A stretch of DNA of 58,657 nt, counting the filler, from Squatina squatina (Eukaryota), in NCBI GenBank assembly GCA_031763465.1. It is 3 parts of 3 records of this genome, joined end to end, with 100 filler letters (N's around TTAATTAATTAA, not from the genome) between each part and the next. Parts side by side here need not be neighbours in the genome. Positions count along the whole stretch, not along the records: positions 43,960 to 58,657 come from JARFOE010000232.1; 2 more parts are not named here. One strand, written 5' to 3'. Position 1 is the stretch's first letter; each line of letters starts with the position of its first letter. Position numbers and translations under genes: made by a program. Positions 49,429-58,657 of the stretch are shown here, piece by piece. The notes below the pieces were generated by a model. It did not search any database. It worked only from the letters and a program-made list of their open reading frames with translations, and had not been told where the DNA came from.

Positions 49429-49515
49429 CTCATCAACAGCACCTCCATCTTTTCCTCCACTCTCTATGAATTTGATGAAAGATTCAAGTGTCCTCTCACC
49501 ATTGAAATCTATAAT
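49429..49515 (-). CDS. P4HB: Protein disulfide isomerase, penultimate exon (87 nt)
   Basis: AG|...GAG|GTGAGT; [29 protein letters not shown]. Confidence 0.88.
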
Positions 49516-50253
49516 CTACAAATATAAAAAACACTTAAGTGAAAGGCTTTCATGGAGAAATGGTAAACCTGTTTAAATATTCAGGTTACTGTTGCACACT
49601 TTATGGTCAGGTGATGTTTGAACTTTAGTAATTAGCATTTGTTTAAGTGCTGTGTTTCANNNNNNNNNNNNNNNNNNNNNNNNNNNNNNNNNNNNNNNNN
49701 NNNNNNNNNNNNNNNNNNNNNNNNNNNNNNNNNNNNNNNNNNNNNNNNNNNNNNNNNNNACCCAAGCATATACACTAGGTTTTACCATGCGTAAAAAAGT
49801 TTGAGAGATTTTCAGTGCAAGCTTTGCAAAAATCTCGCAAAGCTCAGTGTTGGAAATCACTTTTCCAGCCTAAGCATTGGACCTGTCAAGACAAATGCCA
49901 GATCTACGGGATTGCGCTGAGCAGCCACAGATCCGGCATTTGCGATGTATCCCAGGTGCATCGTTCCCACCTGGGGAGATCACGATTTCAGGGCCATTAT
50001 GTTATAAAAGGAAAATGGACATTAGTGTATTGCTTCAAGTGTCATTTTTGCTGTACAATTCACCAGTAAGCTACAACACTGAACTACCTACAAGGGCAGA
50101 GCAGCCCAATTCTGGTATCCTAGCTGCATTGTCAACAAGTAGTTTGCTCAAGTTCCACTTCAAAGAAGTTTTTTTTTTTTTAAAATAAAGACATGGGGAC
50201 AATGCTAGATATTTATGCATTCACTGTCCCCTTACAATCAGAATCTTTATTAC

Positions 50254-50460
50254 CTGCATAGTCCTTAGGATTGCTCTTGTCTCCATTTTTAAAAAACTTA
50301 ATGGTTGGGTATCCCCGCACTGAAAATGTCTGTGCTAGATCGGATTCCTCGGTGGCATCTACTTTTGCAAGTCTGATCTCCGAGCCTTCTTCTTTCAGCT
50401 TTGCAGCAGCTTTGCTATATTCAGGGGCAAGTGCCTTGCAGTGTCCACACCAGGGGGCAT
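50254..50460 (-). CDS. P4HB: Protein disulfide isomerase, a-domain exon (207 nt)
   Basis: [43 protein letters not shown]...[14 protein letters not shown]; canonical splice sites. Confidence 0.95.
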
Positions 50461-52189
50461 CTGTAGGGAGAACAGTCACATCAGACCAAAATTAGCAAAT
50501 GTTTAATAAGGTCAGTGTTTCAGAACAAAGTTGAAAAGTTTGCCGATTTTCTCAGATGCTTCATTTACAACACTCCATCTCTCCGCAACCCACCCCCCCT
50601 CCCCCTCCCGATTTCCAGTCCAGAGTCAAAACATGTGCATGTGAGGAATGCACAAGAATTTACCCCATTTGCTGTGAAACACATGCTTATGTTAAAAGCC
50701 ACTTCACATTCAAGAATTGAAGACAGGATAGACATTGCAAGAGATTAATGGTTATGATCGGTTTATTAGGATGTGTGTTGAAAGTTAGTTCAGATTCAAA
50801 ACATTCAGGTTCCAGAATGATTTCACTGAAATGGAGGAAGATAAATTCATACTACATACGGAGACACTTACCAGTCGAAAACAACTATTGGGATAGGACA
50901 AGTTGAATTTTAACAGCCTCCAATGTTGTGATACTGTGCAGCAACAGAACAGCAGGACAAATATGCACCCAGATATCAGACCAGGCACTTGTCATATCCT
51001 TATAATACAGAATAACTAAGGGCAAGAACACCTGCATCACATTCCCTTAACACTAACAGCAGGCTTCTGGAGCAGGGCTTTCCCTCATCCCACCAGCAAG
51101 AAATGTGGCACAGCCAGTCAGAGCTTCAGTCCCTCAAAAGGTCAGAGTCAGTTGGCATAGCTGTCACTCCTCTTCCTTACTGTATCATCACTTCCCCTGC
51201 ACTCCAAGACACTGGGGTTGGCCTGAGACATGCTCAATAGCATTAATGACAAAAGGAGAAACATCTGTAGTGCAGTAACTACCCAGCTTTGTGCCATCGC
51301 CAAATCCAGCCCACAAATGGGCAAATAAAAACCAGCACAATATAAAAAAGGGGCAACGATCAGCTAGTCAACCCCCACAACCAGAGGAAACGAAAACTCG
51401 AGCAAAAGCCAGGCAATGGCATAACAAAAAAAGCTAGGAACTTCTGCTGGAGCAGAGTAAAGACAGAAAATTCTCTAGATTCTCATCAATGAGGCAGCCA
51501 GTCATGACATTTGAACCACACAAGATTCTAAGATACTCAGAACTGCAGCAACAGATAAAGGCATCCTCAGTCAGGACAGCCATTCGACAAGAACCTCCCA
51601 ATAAGCATCTCACACACACTGTTGGCAGNNNNNNNNNNCATATATTCTTCCTGACCCTGCACTGACTATTGGGAAACCCAATTACAACTCACCCGCTTTA
51701 AACTCAGCTCACTCCAACGGCTGCAGTGCAGTATCAATGTTAGCCTTCAGTCAGAAAAAGAACTTGCATGTCACACTAACCCAATACTTGGACATATACT
51801 GCAGTTATTCAGATCCTAAACATGTCCTCTGACCAGCAATCACAGCACCATTTTAATGTGGTTATGAATTAATTCTTTTCAAACACAAGCTTGTACCTCA
51901 TCAAACATCCCAATACCACCCTGCATGTGGGAAGTCAATAAAAAGGCCAAGGAATTAAGAGGCAGCTGGCCAGTCAATGCATTAACCAGTACACAGGGCA
52001 CAAAGGTCCTTTGCTCAGCAGTGGTGTACAGGTAGGGAAGTCATCTGCAATAGTTTGCAAACACTGGGTTGTGAAAATCTGGCAGTTTCAATGGGAGCAT
52101 ACAATGACACTCAGCAAGTTGGCAGACTGGGTTTAATACACTACCAACAATTACTTCACATTACTGCAACTAGAAAATTTCTATTCAGT

Positions 52190-52400
52190 GGGAATCTGGG
52201 CAATGCAATAGGTTAGGCACTGTCCTTTCACCAATGGGACGTGGGCTCAAATCCAAACTGGGCTGATGGGATTAAAGCCTCCTTCCTCTCTACTAGGTGT
52301 AAGCACTCTATGTGAAATGAGATTCTGCAGTCTCAATCTAGTTCCTAGTGGGTACAGCCCTGTAGCACAAAACAACCTCTTTATTTGGCACAAATCATCA
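52190..52400 (+). mobile_element. LF-SINE-related ancient SINE fragment
   Basis: Collinear blocks CCTTTCACC, B-box-like GGCTCAAATCC, CTATGTGAAATGAG, GTCTCAATCTAGTTCCTAGTGG, CACAAAAC and TTGGCAC, as recalled from the LF-SINE 5' half. Confidence 0.55.
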
Positions 52401-54309
52401 CTCGAAAAGCTTGCTGAGGAAGTTCATGGATACGGTTCCTGTGGTAAATGGAAATGCCGCACTTGGTGCAGTAGGGATGCGCTTCTGAATTTATGTAGGA
52501 AGCAGGAAATCCAGGCTTGCAGGTCTCTTCCTTCATCTATTGTTGGCAATCTCTATGTGTACCAGGACAGCCAACAAATCGAATTCTCTATGCCAGCCCA
52601 GACCACCACTCTTGCTGCAATCAGGGAGCACCAGGTCCAGCAATGTACCTGGGAACTGGCTGGTACACTCTGGGTATCCTTCATAGCGTGGGAGAACATG
52701 CAAAATAAAGATGATTGTTTCCCAAAATGGTCTTCCACAAGGACTTGAAGCTTCATTAAAAACACCTGCATCTGGACAAGCCAGTAGCAGACTCAAGTCC
52801 CTAACCCATCTCCTTGGGAGGCCACAGTCTGCTGATCCCTGCAGCAACAAAATTAAAAAGGGTCTCAAGGGATCTGGAAGAGTCAGAACCCCTTCATCAG
52901 ACTGAAATATTAATGGAGGCTACTTCAGCTTTACAGAAGTGGCATCATGGAAATTAGAATCATAAACACACAATATCCTGACCCCTACGAAGGTGTCCTC
53001 TGCACCAGGAATGTTGCAACAGCAGATGCCAAGCCATGGGATTTCAAAGGTCGGGAATAAAGGAGTCAGCCTCTTTGCACACCTGGGCTTCAGAGCAGTC
53101 ATCTCCCACAAGGAAGGATCTAGCCTCAGGGTAAGAGAATCAAACCATCTGGACCAACTGCCAGATGAGGCATGAACAGAGCAGGAAAGGGCACAGACCA
53201 TTATGGAGCTGTTCCACAGTGGATGATCCTGCAGTTTGAAGTCACAGTAAGTCTGTTCTTTATTCTCTTGATGTTACCTCTAGTTTTGTTGCTCAAGTAG
53301 GAGTCGAAGGGAAAAAGTAGATTGGTCATGTGGGGCATGGTGAATAGTGTCAGTGTGTGTGGTTGCACAGGGAGCAGCACAGCGGTATGGTAGCGTGCTT
53401 GTGTATATGATCACTTATATTGTCTACAGGTAGCTCTCTCATTTCCATCTCTGTCGATCTTCAAACCACAGTCTAACATAGCACACTCCATCAGCCTTCA
53501 CTGGAGTGTGAGGAACATTGTTCAGGCAGAGTAGAAAGAACTTAATTTTCCATGTAATCTATGCAACACATAATCTGAGAATACTTAATGCTGACAGAGT
53601 GCCCAAAATGAATTTAAAAAGTATCCCATCTCACAGCACAAAGATTTATTTTTAATTACTTCTGTCTACGACTGACACCGAAGGAAATTAGCAAGTTATA
53701 ATAAATATTCCTAGCATCATGTCACTGCTTCAGTTTAAGAAGTCCTTAAATGAAGAACCAAGCCGACTTCAAAGGGCTTCAACAATAAAGTGACTTTATT
53801 GTGGAATATCTCGGGTTTTGGGCGTTGGTAGTGCCAAGCGCTGAATTTAGCGCTGGAAATGGGACTCTCTGAAATTTTTCCTTTAAGCCCCCAATTAGTC
53901 ACTTCAGAATTTGAGCGTTCAAACACATGCAAACTTAAATGTTNNNNNNNNNNNNNNNNNNNNNNNNNNNNNNNNNNNNNNNNNNNNNNNNNNNNNNNNN
54001 NNNNNNNNNNNNNNNNNNNNNNNNNNNNNNNNNNNNNNNNNNNGAGCTTGGTCAGTATCTGTGGGAACTATCGCAGCCAAGCCCGATCCTGTCTTATTAC
54101 TGTTCCCTGTTGGGGGTCAGCTACTTGTTATTCACATTGAGGCCCTGTCCGTTTAGTCTATAGCCTTCCTCAGTGCGGAACCCAAACCTGAACACATCAC
54201 CTTCCTGCCTCTCCACCTGAGACTGGCAGAGTTTCAACTTGGTTAAAATTTCAAATAATCAAACCAATTCTTATGCACATAATAAATTGGACATTGGTTG
54301 ATGATTACA

Positions 54310-54540
54310 TAGATATACATTGAGTCTACAGCACAGAAACAGGCTATTCGGCCCAACTGGTCTGTGCTCCACATAAGCCTCCTCCCACCCCTCGAATCCA
54401 AGCCTATCTGCATATCTTTCTATTCCTTTCTCTCTTGTGTGTTTATCCAACAAAATGTATCTGTTCTCTTTGCCTTAACTGCTCCCTGTGATTGAGAGTT
54501 CCAGATTCTAACCACTCTCTGGGTAAAGAAGTTTCTCCTG
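54310..54540 (-). mobile_element. CR1 3' end
   Basis: RRNFFTQRVVRIWNS plus tail. Confidence 0.8.
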
Positions 54541-55289
54541 ACTACCAGTGTTGCCTGGAAGCTGCGTTTTGTTCTGCGTGGCCTGTTACTTTTAATGTAT
54601 GGTTCCTGTAAATTTCTGTACATGCGCGGTTTTTATAATGTAAAAGCCGGTGGGTGGCCTATGTGGGACCTTTGAGATTACTGTATGGCCGCGCACCTTG
54701 GGAGCATTGCTGACTACAGATATGCTCAGATAGATTACTTTAAATGGACAGCTTCTGTTTCAAGGCCAGCAATCCAACTGAGCATTACTGTACATCAACA
54801 GGTTTCTGGTAACTTTGGAGAGACCTCTCGCCATTAGTCTACTCCCTTTTTTTAAAAAAAAAAGGGAAAATGATCAGGTAGTATAAATTTTATGTTTGGT
54901 CGGGAGTGAGGAGCCGAAACATCTGAGCAGTTAGGAGCACAGGGAGCTGCAGGTACACAAAGTAGGAGCAAACCAGCCAGATTCCTCCCTTCCTAGCCCA
55001 AGGATACGATTGCGAGGTGCAACACTGCCACTGTCTCCCTCACTGATTCAGGACAATAGCAGAGTTTGAAGCTCGACCTGCCTAGTGTTTATGGCTCTGT
55101 GCCCCACAGCGCTGTGCGTTTAATCACTGCAGTGGTCACTTGCTGATGTACAAGAGAGCTGTGGAACTGAGTTGGTGACTTCAGCAAAGTAGAATGTTGG
55201 AGAAGGTTGGGGGAAATGCATCTGTTTCATGTCGTTTTCTGTTAGAATTGCAGTATTTATTAATTAATATATACTAATGAATAACTCTG

Positions 55290-55590
55290 GGGAGACATTT
55301 CTACTTGTCAGGCGAGACCAGAACTAGGGACCATAAGTTTGAAAGTCATTAATAAATCCAATAGGGAATTGAGGAGAAACTTTTTTTTTTACCCAAAGAG
55401 TGGTTAGAATGTGGAACTCACTGCCAAAAGGAGTGGTTGAGGCGAATAACGTGCATGCATTTAAGGAAGCATGAGTGAGAAAGGAATAGAAGGATTTGCT
55501 GATGGAGTGAGAGGAGGCTCGTGTGGAGCATAAACGCCAGCATAGAACAGTTGGGCCAAATAGCCTGTTTGTGCTGCTAATTCTATGTAA
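55290..55590 (+). mobile_element. CR1 3' end
   Basis: gaactagggaccataag...gtggttagaatgtggaactcactgcca...ttgggccaaatagcctgttt. Confidence 0.8.
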
Positions 55591-55748
55591 AAACTCCCAG
55601 AAATATGTTTCTCTAAACCAGTGTAAAGTTCCCTTTAAAGTTGACTCAACTCAACCCTGTTTCCCCAGTGTTGGGGAGAAATTGAGCTGTTCAAATTACA
55701 TTGCCTGAGAAGTGTTATGTTTGTTAATTGTGATTTCGGTACATTTAG

Positions 55749-55878
55749 GTGTTGCAGGAGATAGTGTGAATGCAACACCGAAGTCCTTGGAGAACAGCAG
55801 CCATCCCAAAACTGAGGAGGAAGAGTTCGACATGTTTGCACAGACCAGAAGTAACTCCTTGGCGGATCAGCGCAAGAA
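55749..55878 (+). CDS. TOM1-family (TOM1/TOM1L2-like) internal exon, 130 nt; missed by ORF track
   Basis: TTTAG|GT...AA|GTGAGT; VAGDSVNATPKSLENSSHPKTEEEEFDMFAQTRSNSLADQRK contains the FDMFAxTRxxSLAxQRK motif of TOM1/TOM1L2. Confidence 0.8.
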
Positions 55879-56189
55879 GTGAGTAGCAGCCCCATCTGGT
55901 GTGTTGCATATTTCCCCCGTTTTGTGATTTTCCATCAATTTAAAAGTTGAAACAAAAACAGAAGATACACAGCAAGTGCATCCGTATCTGAAAGAGGAAA
56001 AATAGTTTAACCTGTCAGGCAGACCTCATTCAGAGGCATATCCCTACTGAATGAGGATTGAGTTCTCAGGAAAGACTGGAGGAATCTCAGTATTGAAAGG
56101 AGGGCACTGAGTTATAACCTCGAAATATATAAATTATTAAAAGTGTATAGAAAAAGTAAATCTGGGCACTACTTCGAACCAAACTGTCA

Positions 56190-56600
56190 CATCAACAACT
56201 ACCTGCATTTATATAGCGCCTTTAACACAGTAACACGCCCCATGGTGCTTCATAGGAACGTTACCTGACAAAATTTGATGCTGAGCCACATAGAGATATT
56301 TGGACAGGTGATCAAAAGCTTGGTCAGAGAGGTAGCTTTTAAGGCGTCTCTTAAGGAGGAGAGAGAGGTAGAGAGGCAGTGAATTAGGGAGGAAATTCCA
56401 GTACTTGGGGCCAAGGTAGCTGAAGGCATGGTGACCAATGGTGGAACCATTAAAATTGGGAATGATCAAGAGCCCAGAATTGGAGGAGCGCAGAGATCTC
56501 GGATTGTAAGGCTGGATGAGGTTAAAGAGATAAGGAGGAATGAGGCCGTGGTGAGATTTGAAAACAAGGACAAGAGTTTTAAAATAGAGGCATAACAATA
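56190..56600 (-). mobile_element. L2-type LINE 3' end
   Basis: FKTLVLVFKS.HGL.PPYL..L.QPYNPRSLRSSNSGLL...AFS..GPK.WN.LP, with tail aaaggcgctatataaatgcag. Confidence 0.85.
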
Positions 56601-56795
56601 TTATGAGAGGCCNNNNNNNNNNNNNNNNNNNNNNNNNNNNNNNNNNNNNNNNNNNNNNNNNNNNNNNNNNNNNNNNNNNNNNNNNNNNNNNNNNNNNNNN
56701 NNNNNNNNNNNNGATGTTTCATTATTCAGAAATGTTTTACAAATGGATGTTTTTGTTGACAAAGAAAAAAAAACAAATATTTTTAGTCTGAATAT

Positions 56796-56801
56796 TTTAT
56801 T
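56796..56801 (-). terminator. Candidate ARHGDIA poly(A) signal
   Basis: AATAAA on the minus strand about 1.3 kb after the stop. Confidence 0.4.
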
Positions 56802-58072
56802 ATACTTGCTGTGAAAATGATGGTTTTGTCCTTTAACCTGTTAATGTCCAGTCTACACAGGAGTCACAATAGAACATAAAAAATCCATTATTGTAAAAGG
56901 GGAAGAGTGGGTATATGGCAAGACAAACCAGTAAAATCACATTTGGTCCCAGTTCTAACCTCAATGGCTACAGACTTACAATGATATATGCTGGCTGCTT
57001 ACAACACTATTTCTCAAATATGCCACATTCAAGAACAGAACTCGTCAAATTACAATTAGCTGAACAATGGAGCACAGAATCCAGGAATGAAATACTGACG
57101 CAGACTGACGTGAGGCATAACGTTATTTCCACCATCTCTTTCCAACAGTCCGAAGGCAATTTACAAAATATTTATAACAATGCTTCTTCATCTTTTTCTG
57201 CTGGCACTTCTCCATCTACTGTTGAAATGGTGGTCAGGCAGCTCCATTAAGTATCAGCTACTTGCAAACCTGTAAAGGATTCCCTCCATTGTAGTTCTAC
57301 ATCATACCAAGACACAGCACAAAAAAAATCCCTCTATGAACTGTAGGCCTTCAATACTCAAATACTACTTTTAATAGGCATGTATTCACTTCAGAAATGC
57401 CAGCACTGATCTGACTAGCTCTGGTGCAGTGCTATCATACCCATAAGTGTCTAGTCAGACAAAATGGGTTCTGGATCCATTCTACTGGTATAAAAGACTC
57501 AACTAAGAAATTTTATCATGATTATTTTTTTCTGCGATTATTTTCAAAAACAATTTTAGCGTACATAAGGCAANNNNNNNNNNNNNNNNNNNNNNNNNNN
57601 NNNNNNNNNNNNNNNNNNNNNNNNNNNNNNNNNNNNNNNNTTATATTATATTCTATCGCCTGGTTGAAACATGATTGTGATCATTTATATTTCCAAGCTC
57701 AGCACTGCGCTTATGAAATAGACGAGAAGTGGTCAAATCCCACTGCGGGATATCAAGATGCCAAGCCGAGTCTGATTTACTCATCGCTTCCTCTTTAAAG
57801 AAAAAAAACTGCAGCCCCCTCTCCCCCAAAAGGCAGCTGTTGGCAGAACAAAAAGGGGATGAATTAAAATGAGATTGGGGAATGAAACATGTAGCCATGC
57901 CTCTGACCTGTGTCTTACAAAAGAATAGGTTTGATTTTTTTGCCAATGATCTCGCTGTGCAGTATAAATCTAATACATTTTTTGTTCCTTTTCAAAAAAA
58001 GAGATAACTTTGGTACAGGAGGTGTATTTTTTGTTTCCTCTATCGGATGGACTGCGGCTGGTCTTGCATCGA

Positions 58073-58272
58073 TTAATCTTTCCATTCCTTCTTGATGTTG
58101 AGCTGCCACTCCCAGCTGAGGTGGTTGTACTTGTCATCATCTGTGAAAACGGATTTGATAACATAGCTGCCCCTCGCCAGGATTCCTTTGGGTGCTTCTT
58201 CCTGTGCTGTCAGGAACTCGTATTCGCAGTCACGGGGACCATAGCTCCCCACCATGTAGTCAGACTTATCAA
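58073..58272 (-). CDS. ARHGDIA: Rho GDP-dissociation inhibitor 1, last coding exon
   Basis: Acceptor at 58273-74; [54 protein letters not shown]; adjacent to P4HB as in human. Confidence 0.92.
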
Positions 58273-58657
58273 CTGTTCAAAGTGCACAAGAAAAAGATGC
58301 ATTTCAGTGAGTCATCTATCATTTATTTATTCACACTGGCAGATCAGCAACCAAGACTAACACATGTCTGCTTCTGATATACAACTCCCAACATCCCAGC
58401 GTGAAGCATTGTGAACTTGTCGATACCTGGGCAGAGAACAACCATCTGAGCTTAACCCACGACCCAAAACACCCCCACTCTTTCAACAGTGCCGTACAAC
58501 CCAGACCTGGCCTTTGCCAGCAATAACATCACAGCCCTGGCCTTGAAGTTGGTCCTCAACCCAGTTTCCCACTCCCAGCCGCCCTATTGCCATCCAAATC
58601 AACACAGCTATCAAGCCAGCGACAGTCCCATTCCGCTGGTGATTCAACTTCAAGAAA

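Noticed and set aside
49429-50460. P4HB apparently lacking its middle exons (and the cadherin likewise) as a real deletion
   Set aside because: An N gap separates the exons; missing assembly explains it.
52500-53220. Several 60-160 aa ORFs upstream of P4HB
   Set aside because: No recognisable domain; at most a very decayed CR1 ORF1 on the minus strand.

Overview
Vertebrate nuclear DNA, almost certainly a cartilaginous fish (shark-type CR1/L2 LINE tails, DeuSINE/SacSINE1-like SINEs). It comes from a heavily gapped draft made of short contigs joined by N runs. Two artificial 44N-TTAATTAATTAA-44N linkers (30747-30846, 43860-43959) split it into three unrelated blocks. Block 1 (1-30746) holds a compact, apparently intact leader-VJ-C1 immunoglobulin-superfamily gene with a germline-joined V-J exon and no RSS (2227-3785, +), plus two exons of a CDH12-like type II cadherin (-). 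Block 2 holds the last two RNFT2 exons (+), HRK/harakiri BH3-only sequences (-), a decayed hAT-Blackjack transposon with a nested MITE, and an FBXW8 exon (+); this matches the human RNFT2-HRK-FBXW8 order. The HRK material appears as a 50-aa BH3 ORF lacking the membrane anchor (below the ORF-track cutoff) and a separate C-terminal anchor fragment across a gap. Block 3 holds exons of MCRIP1, P4HB and ARHGDIA (all -, human 17q25 order) and an unexpected TOM1-family exon (+). The top candidates for novelty are the non-rearranging VJ-C1 gene and the split or anchor-less HRK. Gene names come from recalled protein motifs and synteny, not database searches; repeat boundaries are approximate; adjacency across gaps is unverified.
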